From Thermoplasma sp. (GTDB lineage: Archaea > Thermoplasmatota > Thermoplasmata > Thermoplasmatales > Thermoplasmataceae), in the NCBI RefSeq assembly GCF_008709555.1, contig NZ_VYIJ01000007.1, forward strand, positions 411-64,410: a stretch of 64,000 bases of DNA, written 5' to 3'. Within the stretch, counting starts at the first letter, position 1. Every line of letters begins with the position of its first letter. Positions 38,558 to 48,084 of this stretch are shown here, in pieces. Made by a program: the position numbers and the translations under genes. The notes below the pieces were generated by a model. That model was given only the letters and a program-made list of their open reading frames with translations. It did no database searches and was not told the DNA's origin.

Positions 38558-40576
38558 TCAGGTTGCAGATTTCTGGCCAGAGGCATCCATACCCTGATCG
38601 TCGATCAGGTTTTCTCTGATTATTATGGCAATATCCTTGACCTGTACCTTATCCTCGACGTTCATGGTCCTTGCCGCATCAGATAGCATTGCGTTGCAGA
38701 ATGGGCATGCCACAGCCACGCTGGATGCGCCAGTCTTGAGCGCCTGATCCATCCTTATATGGCTTATGGATTTCTCGTTATCAACCCTGTACCAGTAGTT
38801 GCCTCCTCCTGCACCGCAGCAGAAGCTAGAATTCCTTGATTTCTCCATCTCGACAAGGTTCGCGGATGATGAGACGATGAACCTGGGATCATCGTAGACT
38901 CCATTTCCACGCCCAAGGTAGCATGGATCGTGGTATGTCATGATCGTTTCAGAGTTCTTCACCTTCAGCCTCCCCTCACGTATAAGCTGCGCCAGAAACT
39001 CCGAATGATGGATGACTTCTGCCTTTAGCCCGAACTCCGGGTATTCGTTCTTGAATGTGTTGTAGCAGTGCGGGCAAGATGTGACGATCTTCCTAACCCC
39101 GTACCTATTGAACGTCTCTATGTTTCCAGTTGCCAGAGTCTGGAATAGGCCTTCCTCGCCCATCCTCCTGGCGGTCTCGCCCGTGCATTTTTCTTCAGAA
39201 CCAAGGATCCCGAACTTCACACCGGCCCTCTTCATGAGATCCATAACAGCAATGGCGGTTTCCTTGGCCTTGGGATCGTAGGCGCCCATGCATCCGACCC
39301 AGTAAAGTACCTCCTTGTCCTCTGAGTACTTTTCCGCGTACTGCAGCAGGTCATCCCTGTCCATTGGCGAGCTTCCAAGCGGATTTCCCGTGTTGTAAAG
39401 GTTGGTAAGGTATGTTGTTGTCTCCTTGGAAACCCTGTTCTCCATGACCAGGTTGCGCCTAGTTTCGGTCACGAAATTGTAGGGCCTTATGAGAACAGGG
39501 CATTCTTCCACGCAGGCCATGCAGGTGGTGCATGACCATGCGGCGTTCTCTGTAAGTATGACAGGCACGATTTCCGTATCCGTACCAACAGTCTTCTTGA
39601 GGTTCTGCACCACGGCCCTTGGATCAAGCCCTGTGCCGGAGGCGTATGCTGGACATGCCCTTTCACAGCGACCGCAGTCTGTACATGCCATGGCCGCTGT
39701 CACGTACTCCAGAGAAAGCTCCTTCACATTCTTCGCCCCGACCTTCACCTCGTAGTTCCCTGAGGCCATGACCTCGGAGAGTATGAAAGGCGTACCTATG
39801 TACGAATTGCCGCGTATGACCGTCTTCGTTGCATGCGTCGGGGATAGCAGGGAATGGAAGAGCTTTGAGTATGGAAGGTAGAGGGCCACAAGGAATGCGG
39901 TCAGAATGTGGGCCATCCACAGGCCGCGATATACGGCTATGCCTGCCGGGCTTAAGCTTCCATACGGGAATATATAGCTCAGGTACCATTCCACGAACCT
40001 GTAAACATCAAATGACTCCCTGAAGAGCGCTATCTTCAATGCGCCAAGGAAGAATCCCTCAAGCGCAAGTATCAGTATGCCGGAGAGCAGTATGTAGTCC
40101 TCGGAGGTTGTGTGCATTGATACGAAGTTCGTTGCCCTCCTGGCTATGGCCATTATCAGGCCTATTATGAGGATTATGCCGCCTATCTGCGTGAATACCT
40201 CGAATATCAGGTAAAATGTTCCATAGAGTATCCCGACGCCTATGATAGGCTTCAGTATATCATGGGATAACGCGATAAGTGCTGTGGCTATGAAGAGTAT
40301 GACGAAGCCGTAGAATATGAACAGGTGCATGATGCCTGCATACCTGTTCTTGACTATTTTCCTCTGGAATATGGCGTAGCTGAAGAACTGCTTCACCATC
40401 CTCGGAAAATTGGATATAAGATATGACCACATCACCCTATAGTTGATTCCCTTCTTCGAATAGGATCTGTACCACATATAGATGTCGAATATGGCAACCG
40501 GAAATGATATTGAATAAAGTATTATGAGCTCTGGAATGGGGATGAATACCAGCGTTGGGCTTACGGGTATGGCCAT
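38558..40576 (-). CDS. membrane-anchored Fe-S oxidoreductase (NarI/DsrM-like TM domain fused to an HdrD/DsrK/GlpC-like module)
   Basis: An N-terminal region of ~250 aa has about 6 TM helices and several His. Two ferredoxin motifs are present: CTDCGRCERACP and CTTCMACVEECP. Two CCG-type Cys-rich domains follow (WVGCMG..CPHC; DPCYLG..FCCGAGGG..ACPFC). Confidence 0.8.
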   Translation of the reverse strand: MAIPVSPTLVFIPIPELIILYSISFPVAIFDIYMWYRSYSKKGINYRVMWSYLISNFPRMVKQFFSYAIFQRKIVKNRYAGIMHLFIFYGFVILFIATALIALSHDILKPIIGVGILYGTFYLIFEVFTQIGGIILIIGLIMAIARRATNFVSMHTTSEDYILLSGILILALEGFFLGALKIALFRESFDVYRFVEWYLSYIFPYGSLSPAGIAVYRGLWMAHILTAFLVALYLPYSKLFHSLLSPTHATKTVIRGNSYIGTPFILSEVMASGNYEVKVGAKNVKELSLEYVTAAMACTDCGRCERACPAYASGTGLDPRAVVQNLKKTVGTDTEIVPVILTENAAWSCTTCMACVEECPVLIRPYNFVTETRRNLVMENRVSKETTTYLTNLYNTGNPLGSSPMDRDDLLQYAEKYSEDKEVLYWVGCMGAYDPKAKETAIAVMDLMKRAGVKFGILGSEEKCTGETARRMGEEGLFQTLATGNIETFNRYGVRKIVTSCPHCYNTFKNEYPEFGLKAEVIHHSEFLAQLIREGRLKVKNSETIMTYHDPCYLGRGNGVYDDPRFIVSSSANLVEMEKSRNSSFCCGAGGGNYWYRVDNEKSISHIRMDQALKTGASSVAVACPFCNAMLSDAARTMNVEDKVQVKDIAIIIRENLIDDQGMDASGQKSAT

Positions 40577-40619
40577 ATTCGAATATGGGCTATGCGTATT
40601 TTAACCTTCTTTAACACAT

Positions 40620-41744
40620 TCAGTTTCCATCACGCTGGCTGAACCTCTTCACTGCACCACGCGCTGCCATCAGGAATCCAAGCCCGATGATTCCAGATAC
40701 CAGAACGAATATGAATGAGATGCTCATATTATATGAAAATATCAGGGCAAATATGGTGCTCCCGACGAAGCCTGAGATGGATTTTCCCGTGTAGAAAACG
40801 CCGTTGTTGGCGGTGGAGAACCTCGTACCGAACACATCGCCTATGTATGCGAAGTACAGGGATATCATCGATCCTCCAAAGAATCCTATGAAAACTATGG
40901 CTGGAACGTAATCCCTCATGACAAGGAATGCCGAACCGGCTATTATGAAGACATCGATTATGATGACGCTTGCTGATCTGCCGATCATGTCCGATAACCA
41001 CCCCATCATAGGCCTGCTTATTCCGCTGAGAAGTGGAAACAGCGATACTAGTACGGAGAACTCGAACAGCGGCAGATGGCTGCCTATGTAACCGAAGGAT
41101 GACGAGATAACCAGCAGAGGAACTGACCCGAAGACAAAGGAGATGTAGAGGATCCAGAATGCCGGGTTGGATAGGTTACGCCTCGGCCTCCCGCCCGTGA
41201 GGTTCGTGCCAGGATACCTTGTCATATAGAGAAGAACGGGCATCATGACCATCTCCATTATACCTATGATCAACATCGGCGTCCTGAAACCGGCTGCATG
41301 GACAAGAAACACATTGGCAACGCTCGATCCGAGCCCGAAGCCCAGGGAGACTATTCCCACCGCAAGCCCCCTTATATCGCTGTACCATTTCACGGCAAGG
41401 TTAGTGGCTATTCCGTAGAGTATACCTTCACCTATGCTTCCCATGGCCCATATGACGTAGAATTCGTAGATCGATCTGGACAGGGATCCTCCAAGAAAAC
41501 CCACTGCGGAAAGTACTGCAGATATGACTCCTATCCTTGCAGGGCCGTCTTTGTCCGCAAAATATCCGCCCACGCCCTGAAACGTGGTCGAGAACACCGT
41601 GAATATGGTGAAGGCAACCTCAACGTAAACGGTTGTTGTGTGAAGGCCTGAGGCTATCATGGGCTCAAAAACGTTCCATGAGTACTGGTAAAGCGAGTTC
41701 ATGGACATAACGACGAGCGCTATGACAAGATATCCCCGTTTCAC
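40620..41744 (-). CDS. MFS transporter (oxalate/formate antiporter-like)
   Basis: 374 aa with 11-12 TM helices and motif GGYFADKDGPARIG. Confidence 0.8.
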   Translation of the reverse strand: MKRGYLVIALVVMSMNSLYQYSWNVFEPMIASGLHTTTVYVEVAFTIFTVFSTTFQGVGGYFADKDGPARIGVISAVLSAVGFLGGSLSRSIYEFYVIWAMGSIGEGILYGIATNLAVKWYSDIRGLAVGIVSLGFGLGSSVANVFLVHAAGFRTPMLIIGIMEMVMMPVLLYMTRYPGTNLTGGRPRRNLSNPAFWILYISFVFGSVPLLVISSSFGYIGSHLPLFEFSVLVSLFPLLSGISRPMMGWLSDMIGRSASVIIIDVFIIAGSAFLVMRDYVPAIVFIGFFGGSMISLYFAYIGDVFGTRFSTANNGVFYTGKSISGFVGSTIFALIFSYNMSISFIFVLVSGIIGLGFLMAARGAVKRFSQRDGN

Positions 41745-41910
41745 GAAACTTCAATGCAATGTGTGTTCTAATTATTTGCCTTGATGCCATGAAATTCGAC
41801 ATTTTGCTGCATGTATCAATAAAAGATATTGATGCGAGCATTCTCCCTGCATGCCAGATTTCAAACGCGAAAAGGCAAACATTTATCTGTCCTCTCAACG
41901 TTGTATCTGC

Positions 41911-42480
41911 ATGGACGATCAGAACCTTCTGCAAACAATAAAGAACGCCGACATGAAGTCCGTAGAGGGAGCTTCCGATGAACTCTGGGATTACAGGGAT
42001 CAGTACTACAGGAATGCACTGATGATCTCAGCCATGTACGGAAGGACTGATCTGATCGAGTTCTTTGCAAGAAAGTACGATCATGTGGATGACAGGGACA
42101 TAGAGGGCAACACGGCGTTGATGTGGGCCGTGCGCAATAATCGCATTGAGTCGGCCCGGAGCATCATCTCCATGAAATGCAGTGTGGACTTGCCTGACAA
42201 TTCCGGCAACACGCCTCTGTGCTGGGCCATAATATTCGGATACACCGATATGGTTAAACTTCTGATCTCGTCCGGATCAAACATCAATGTTAAGAATGCT
42301 GAAGGGGATACGCCGGCAATACTTGCAGCCAAATACGGCAGGGTGCAGTGCCTGAAGATGTTGATCGAGGCTGGCTGCGATCTGAAAGCCAGAAACAATA
42401 CAGGCCAGAACGTCTGGAGAGCTGCAGAAGTTTTCGGAAGAAAAGAGATATCAGATCTTCTTGGATCATCTTTAAGATAG
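41911..42480 (+). CDS. ankyrin repeat protein
   Basis: Four to five consecutive ~33-aa repeats: RNALMISAMYGRTDLIEFF, GNTALMWAVRNNRIESARSII, GNTPLCWAIIFGYTDMVKLLI, GDTPAILAAKYGRVQCLKMLI. Start set at ATG-41911 (MDDQNLL). Confidence 0.85.
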   Translation: MDDQNLLQTIKNADMKSVEGASDELWDYRDQYYRNALMISAMYGRTDLIEFFARKYDHVDDRDIEGNTALMWAVRNNRIESARSIISMKCSVDLPDNSGNTPLCWAIIFGYTDMVKLLISSGSNINVKNAEGDTPAILAAKYGRVQCLKMLIEAGCDLKARNNTGQNVWRAAEVFGRKEISDLLGSSLR

Positions 42481-42491
42481 AGGTGCTCAGG

Positions 42492-42923
42492 ATGGCTGAT
42501 GAGATGCATGTATATGAAGGCGATGTCTCCTGGATAGACGACAGGCGTACCGAGGTCTCGATAGGGGACCGCAGGATAGAGGTTGATTCTCCTCCAGAGT
42601 TCGGCGGGCCAGAGGGCCAGTTGTATCCTGAAACGCTGTTTCCAAGCGTATTGGCTTCATGCCTTCTCACAACATTCCTTGAGTTCAAGGACAGGATGGG
42701 TATAAATCTGAAGACATGGAACAGCCACGTCACTGCAGAGCTTGGGCCATCTCCTGAAAAGGGCTTCAAGTTTCACCGGATCCGGATACATGTGAAGATA
42801 GGCGTAAACGATGAGGACAAGGAAAAGATACCCAGGGCAATGCAGCTGGCGGAAAAGTACTGCTTCATATCCAGAGCGATAAGAAATAACGTTGAGGAAA
42901 TAGTGGAATACGAGTTCGTGTGA
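42492..42923 (+). CDS. OsmC/Ohr family protein
   Basis: PEFGGPEG..PETLFPSVLASCLLTTF and AEKYCFISRA (the two conserved Cys of the OsmC family). ATG-42492 lies 11 nt after the ankyrin gene's stop. Confidence 0.8.
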   Translation: MADEMHVYEGDVSWIDDRRTEVSIGDRRIEVDSPPEFGGPEGQLYPETLFPSVLASCLLTTFLEFKDRMGINLKTWNSHVTAELGPSPEKGFKFHRIRIHVKIGVNDEDKEKIPRAMQLAEKYCFISRAIRNNVEEIVEYEFV

Positions 42924-42926
42924 TGA

Positions 42927-43547
42927 TCACAAGCTCTTCAGGAAGTCTACAGTTATTCTCACGAACTCATCTGGCTTTTCAATATACACAGGGTGTCCGG
43001 AACCGTCAACGATCTCCAGCCTTGATCCGGGTATGATGGAAGCATATTCCCTTGAAAGCGATATTGGTACGACATGGTCCTTTGACCCCCAAACCAGAAG
43101 CGTCTTCTGCGTTATCCTCTTCAAATCATCCCTCATGGATTCAACCCATGCCGGCGCAACCGCTATCACACCCTCAATCATCTCCGGGTACTGCAGCGCA
43201 GTCATGAGGACCATTCCACCACCCATCGATGCACCCAGTATGACCGATCTATCGATGCCGTTCGCCTTCAGGTAATCGTGTATGAACAGTGCCGCATGAT
43301 CAAGATCCCCCCTTGCTATTCCGTACCTTTCTGATCCAGACGATCTTCCGAATCCTGGGTAATCTGGGGCATAAACGTTGTATCCAACCTTCGAATAATT
43401 GCTGAAGAGGTCAGCCCTATCCCAGTCCATGGATGTGAATGAGTATCCGTGAAAGAGTGCTATATTCTTCTTGTTTCCCACCAAGACCTTCTTCCTGTGG
43501 AAAACCTTTGTCCCGTTGATATCAATAAATCCTTCCTCTACTTCCAT
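42927..43547 (-). CDS. alpha/beta hydrolase (esterase family)
   Basis: HG oxyanion region LFHGYSF, nucleophile elbow GASMGG, and late GSGHPVY (catalytic His). Confidence 0.8.
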   Translation of the reverse strand: MEVEEGFIDINGTKVFHRKKVLVGNKKNIALFHGYSFTSMDWDRADLFSNYSKVGYNVYAPDYPGFGRSSGSERYGIARGDLDHAALFIHDYLKANGIDRSVILGASMGGGMVLMTALQYPEMIEGVIAVAPAWVESMRDDLKRITQKTLLVWGSKDHVVPISLSREYASIIPGSRLEIVDGSGHPVYIEKPDEFVRITVDFLKSL

Positions 43548-43637
43548 GATCGTGTATCCGGACTTCTGATTTCAATGATTCTATTTCATTGTTCATGAAT
43601 AATTCTGGCTGTTTTCCCAGAACAATGATTTCTATTA

Positions 43638-44747
43638 TCAGATGCTTGCCAGATCCCTTTTCAGCTCCTCTTCGTCTTCCCTGTAGCCATAAACGTAAAG
43701 ATAACGTCTCTCTATCGCGGAGTTGAGGGCATTGACCAGTGGTGATGATTCCTCGCCTGTGGCTATTTTGCCCTCCAGAAGAACGCCAACCTGTGTCTTC
43801 AGCCTCTCCTTTCCCCTGAAAGAGAGCGGTGGTATCACGTCCACTATGAACCTGTCCGATAGTGTGCCTTCAATATCCCTTTTGAGGCTTTCCTCGTATT
43901 TTACCTTGTAAAGAACCTTCATGAGCCTGCGGTTGAGTATGTTCTCCATGATGTCCCTTGATCTCGGGTCTGAGATGAGCAGATGCGTCAGTTCCTGATC
44001 ATTCATCATGTATGTGTCGTAGGCCTCTGACAATACGGCTGCCCTCTCAAGCATCCTATTGGCTATCCTGCACGTCTTGTGGAAGTAAACTGCCTGATAC
44101 ATGAGAAAGCGTGATATGAGAAGGCTTTCGATATCGGAAAGGCCCTTCTCCTCAACCACCATCATGTTATCATGGACGGCGGATACGCTGATTACGCGTG
44201 CGGGATTGACGAAGCCTATCGAGACCCCGCAGTAGAATGAGTCCCTCCGCAGGTAATCAAGCTCATCGGCGTCTATCGGGCCACTGACTACCTCGGACAG
44301 CACATTCTCTTTGCCTTCCAGGATCCTGATGACCTTTCGGGCATCAATGGAATGCCTTTCAAGTATAGACGGTATTTCGCTCTCGCGTTCACCGTTTATG
44401 ATCTTTATTCCCTCGCCCAGGTGATCCACGCGCCCGTTCCTGTAATAAAATTCCTCTATCGTGTGTGAGAATGGGAAATGGCCAACGTCATGAAGCAGTG
44501 CTGCAACGAGGGTCTCATCCGATCTTATACCGAGGTGATCAAGATACATGCCAGCCAGATGATATGTGCCAATGGAATGTTCGAACCTCGTGTGGTTGGC
44601 GCTTGGAAAAACCAGATAGCAGAGGCCGAGATTTTTAATGTACCTCAACCGCTGGAAATCCACGGTATCCATTATTTCGAGTATGGCACCCGACGCGCGT
44701 ATTGGCCCAAAGACCGGATCCTGCACTATCTTTGAATTCATGTCCAT
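43638..44747 (-). CDS. HD domain phosphohydrolase (dNTP triphosphohydrolase/SAMHD1-like family)
   Basis: RFEHSIGTYHLA and AALLHDVGHFPFSH motifs. Start trimmed to ATG-44747 (MDMNSKIVQDPVFG) because the longer ORF runs into the SRP RNA gene. Confidence 0.8.
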   Translation of the reverse strand: MDMNSKIVQDPVFGPIRASGAILEIMDTVDFQRLRYIKNLGLCYLVFPSANHTRFEHSIGTYHLAGMYLDHLGIRSDETLVAALLHDVGHFPFSHTIEEFYYRNGRVDHLGEGIKIINGERESEIPSILERHSIDARKVIRILEGKENVLSEVVSGPIDADELDYLRRDSFYCGVSIGFVNPARVISVSAVHDNMMVVEEKGLSDIESLLISRFLMYQAVYFHKTCRIANRMLERAAVLSEAYDTYMMNDQELTHLLISDPRSRDIMENILNRRLMKVLYKVKYEESLKRDIEGTLSDRFIVDVIPPLSFRGKERLKTQVGVLLEGKIATGEESSPLVNALNSAIERRYLYVYGYREDEEELKRDLASI

Positions 44748-44752
44748 CAGAA

Positions 44753-45054
44753 GCCAGACACACCCGGTTCGGTCTGGGCGTCCTGTCAGGTACCCCCTGT
44801 TTCCTCTCACCCCCGCACCCCTCCAGCATCGAGAGTCCAAGGTGTCGTTGCTCCCTTCCGGGCCTGGCGCGTTCCCCTGGCAGGCCATAGACGCGTTCTC
44901 CTTTGAGATCGTGCCTATGGGCCTCCGATCCAGAGGGACAGGAGATCATTGATTCCGCAGGGCCTGGCAGAAACCCAGGTGGTCTCACCGGGCTGTCGCC
45001 CCCGCATCTAGACTTCGGGTACAGGGGACGCCTAACCCCCCGGCCAAGTCTGGC
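44753..45054 (-). ncRNA. signal recognition particle (7S) RNA
   Basis: The minus strand contains the near-universal helix-8 motif GCCAGGCCCGGAAGGGAGCAACG (complement of 44846-44868). The 5' GCCAGAC..GGCGTCC pairs with the 3' GGACGCC..GTCTGGC. The length is ~300 nt, the region is GC-rich relative to its flanks, and TATA-like ttttatat lies upstream. Ends are approximate (+/-15 nt). Confidence 0.85.
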
Positions 45055-45112
45055 AATAACGATATAAAAGAACCGGTAAAAAGCTTATGCATATGATTGG
45101 ATATAGATATGC

Positions 45113-45697
45113 ATGGATCTTTACAAGGAAGGAGAAGAGAAGTTTGGTCCTGTTTCATCATACTTCTACGGGATGATATCAAACCATTTCCTGCGCGATC
45201 TATACGCCATCATCGTTGACGACGTTGGAAAGTTCAAGCCATCAGCGATCCTTGATGTTGGTTCCGGCACAGGAACAGCGGATTATTTCATAGCGTCCGC
45301 CTTCCCCGATGTGTCCATTGACTGCGTCGATCCATCTCCGTACATGCTGAGCATTGCAAGGAAAAAGCTATCAAGGTTCGGAAATAGGATAAGAACAGAA
45401 CTGGGCAGCAGCAGATCTATACCTTTTGATCGGAAATACGATTTCATATTCACATCGATATCTTTTCACCACTGGAAATGCAGAGAGGACGGCCTGCGGA
45501 ACATGGCGCGGTATACCTCTAGGAAGGGTGTTGTAGCAGTTTACGAGTACTACAGGCCAAATCTGAGGAGCTTCCACAGGGCAGCCGGAAAACATGCGCT
45601 CACGATGGAGGATGTGGAGAGGCTGAACATAGAAGGTTTCACAAAGAAATATGAGATAAAGGGGGAGATGATGAGGATATTGTTCGAAAGGCTGTGA
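45113..45697 (+). CDS. class I SAM-dependent methyltransferase
   Basis: Motif I ILDVGSGTG and post-I acidic residue VDPS. 194 aa. Confidence 0.8.
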   Translation: MDLYKEGEEKFGPVSSYFYGMISNHFLRDLYAIIVDDVGKFKPSAILDVGSGTGTADYFIASAFPDVSIDCVDPSPYMLSIARKKLSRFGNRIRTELGSSRSIPFDRKYDFIFTSISFHHWKCREDGLRNMARYTSRKGVVAVYEYYRPNLRSFHRAAGKHALTMEDVERLNIEGFTKKYEIKGEMMRILFERL

Positions 45698-45698
45698 T

Positions 45699-47024
45699 CT
45701 ATTTCCTTTCCGTGGCAGGTATTTTTGAATAGTACCTGGAAGCAAAGTCGTTTTTATTGCAGAGTATGCCTCCAGATACCCTGCTTATCAGGTATATGGT
45801 CAAATAAGAGACGGTGAAGACGAACGCTGCAACGGCCATTATTCCCAGTACCTCTATCCCAAGCTGATGGACAGCTGCTATGCCGCCTCCGAAGAAGATC
45901 CCGTTGGGTAGATTGCCGTTTCCTGAGAGAAGGGCATATGAGTGTTGCGTGAAGAATGCTATCATGATCACGCCGAACAGACCTCCAGTGAAATGCCCTG
46001 GCATCAACCCAACCGGATCCGAGAACCATTTGAACCTTGAGAAGTACCTCTCCGCATATACGAAGATCGGGCCTGCTATTATTCCAAGTATCAGGGCGCT
46101 GAAAGGCGAAACAAAGCCTGCCAGAGGCGTTATCACTATGAGCCCCATCAGTATGCCATTGACCGCATTGATTATGCCGCCGGTTTCTCCATTGACAAAA
46201 TAACTAGAGGCGAGCGTTGAGAGCATCGCTGCGAAAGCTGCTATGAACGTCGTGGCAACCACTATCAGCGTATCATATGAGAAGGCCAACACGCTTCCTG
46301 GGTTGAAGCCAAACCAGCCCATCATGAGGAGAAGTATTGACAATGTGAGCATTGTATCGTTTATCTGCATTTTTTCCCTAGCGCTCTCCTTAAGGCCATT
46401 TCTCCTCTCTTCCTGCCATATCCTAACCATTAGGGCCAGGCCAGCAAACCCTGCGGCGCCATGGACCACGAGACCTCCGGCGAAATCCCTCATACCAATC
46501 CTGTACAGCCATCCCGTTGGATTCCATATCCAGGCAGCTGGGAGGTTGTATATAATCACAAAGTACACTATTGAAAATGCTACGAAGGAAGACATCTTCA
46601 TCTTCCGCAGAACGATCACGGAGACAAGCGCCAGCGTAACGGAGGCGAAAGCTGTTTCAAACATGAAATATGTGATGCCAAGAAGCCCAGTATCGAAGTA
46701 AGAGGAAGCCGTCGACCACCATACCTGTGAGAATATGGACGTGGATGATCCTATAGAACCGAGGAATAGCCCTGGCGAATAGAACGGGTTTCCTATGATA
46801 CCATAGATCGTTGGAGCAAATGCAGTGTTAAATCCGATTGCAGCCATCACTATGAAGGCAATCCCTGTTATGAGTATCGTTTTGTAGAGACTCCTCTTTA
46901 ACTGTTCACCCAGCTCTCCAACCTCAAGAAATCCGACCGCAATTGTCATCAGAAATACAAGGAAGGCCGCGAACAAAACCCAGAAGTTATTGATAATATT
47001 TACCGACATATTATAGTGTAGCAT
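45699..47024 (-). CDS. amt: ammonium transporter (Amt family)
   Basis: 11-TM protein with DFAGGLVVHGAAGFAGLAL and GHFTGGLFGVI (the twin-His region of Amt). Confidence 0.9.
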   Translation of the reverse strand: MLHYNMSVNIINNFWVLFAAFLVFLMTIAVGFLEVGELGEQLKRSLYKTILITGIAFIVMAAIGFNTAFAPTIYGIIGNPFYSPGLFLGSIGSSTSIFSQVWWSTASSYFDTGLLGITYFMFETAFASVTLALVSVIVLRKMKMSSFVAFSIVYFVIIYNLPAAWIWNPTGWLYRIGMRDFAGGLVVHGAAGFAGLALMVRIWQEERRNGLKESAREKMQINDTMLTLSILLLMMGWFGFNPGSVLAFSYDTLIVVATTFIAAFAAMLSTLASSYFVNGETGGIINAVNGILMGLIVITPLAGFVSPFSALILGIIAGPIFVYAERYFSRFKWFSDPVGLMPGHFTGGLFGVIMIAFFTQHSYALLSGNGNLPNGIFFGGGIAAVHQLGIEVLGIMAVAAFVFTVSYLTIYLISRVSGGILCNKNDFASRYYSKIPATERK

Positions 47025-47277
47025 TTATAAATAAAATAATTTTTCCTGAGAATGATTTGCATTTCACAGGAAAATAATTGCCGTGTTAATATATTCAATG
47101 GAAATATTTCTCAATGCCACCATTAATGTTCATGAATATTTCGCGGATATACATGCTCCCTGAGTCCTATTCAATGACGGATCGAACGTAATCATGGAAC
47201 AACCCGAATTCCTCACAGCTAAAGATAATGCAGCGATATATCCCTAGTTAATATATCATTTTATTCCTTATAATGAA

Positions 47278-48084
47278 TCATCCGCCATGCTTGAAATCAG
47301 GATACAGCGCCATTCCTCCATCAACGAGCAGTGTTGTACCTGTTATGTATGAAGCAAGATCGCTTGCCAGGAACACCGCAGCCTGGCCTATGTCATCAAC
47401 CTCGCCCAGCCTCGGCATGGCTATCTTGTCCAGCAGGTCTTTGAGCGACTCAGGATTGCCCCAGACATCTTTATTTATGGGCGTCTTTATGGCTCCCGGC
47501 GCTATGGCTACAACCCTGATCCCGTAGTCCGAAAGCTCCTGTGCAAGGGCCTTCGTGAACATGGACAATCCGGCTTTTGCGCTGCTGTATGCCGTGTAAC
47601 CTGACCAAGGAACGTATTCGTGTACCGACGTTATGTTTATTATCACGCCGCTCTTCCTTGGCTTCATTCTCTTAACAGCCTCCCTGGCGCAGTAGTACGG
47701 CCCCATGAGGTTTACCTGTATGACCTTCTCCCAGTCCTCAGGAACATCGTCGCCCACAAGTTCCCGTTTGCCGTCTATGCCTGCATTGTTAACAAGTATA
47801 TCTATGGGCCCAAAGCTGCTGTCTATTTCGGAGAAAAGCTTCATAACGTCATCCTTCTTCGAAACATCGCCGTAGAAGGACATCGCAAAACCACCGTCTT
47901 TCTTTATCTCGTTAACGATCTCATCAGCCCTGTCCTTTCCGCTGTGGTAGTGAACAGCTACCTTTGCACCTGCTCTGGCCATGTACTTCGCTATGGCAGC
48001 TCCGAGGCCAGAGCTCGACCCTGTGACCAACACTATCTTTCCGGTAAGATCTATGATGACCTTACTCTTTTTATCCAAATCCAT
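47278..48084 (-). CDS. SDR family sugar (glucose/aldohexose) 1-dehydrogenase-like oxidoreductase
   Basis: TGSSSGLG, NNAG, catalytic YSSAKAG, and PGAIKTPIN with a C-terminal tail as in SDR-type glucose 1-dehydrogenases. Start set at ATG-48084 (MDLDKKSK). Confidence 0.85.
   Translation of the reverse strand: MDLDKKSKVIIDLTGKIVLVTGSSSGLGAAIAKYMARAGAKVAVHYHSGKDRADEIVNEIKKDGGFAMSFYGDVSKKDDVMKLFSEIDSSFGPIDILVNNAGIDGKRELVGDDVPEDWEKVIQVNLMGPYYCAREAVKRMKPRKSGVIINITSVHEYVPWSGYTAYSSAKAGLSMFTKALAQELSDYGIRVVAIAPGAIKTPINKDVWGNPESLKDLLDKIAMPRLGEVDDIGQAAVFLASDLASYITGTTLLVDGGMALYPDFKHGG

Noticed and set aside
43546-43598. Possible box C/D sRNA: AUGAUCG-13 nt-CUGA-5 nt-AUGAUUC-13 nt-AUGA on the plus strand
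   Set aside because: The spacing is attractive, but three of the four boxes are degenerate, there is no terminal stem, and the first box is simply the complement of the hydrolase start-codon region. ATGA-type strings are frequent in AT-rich spacers. I could not identify an rRNA or tRNA target by eye.
44635-44988. ORFs 44635-44988(-), 44638-44952(+), 44702-44890(+), and the first 47 codons of the 416-aa HD ORF
   Set aside because: All lie within the GC-rich SRP RNA gene. Open frames there are explained by RNA structure constraints, not coding.
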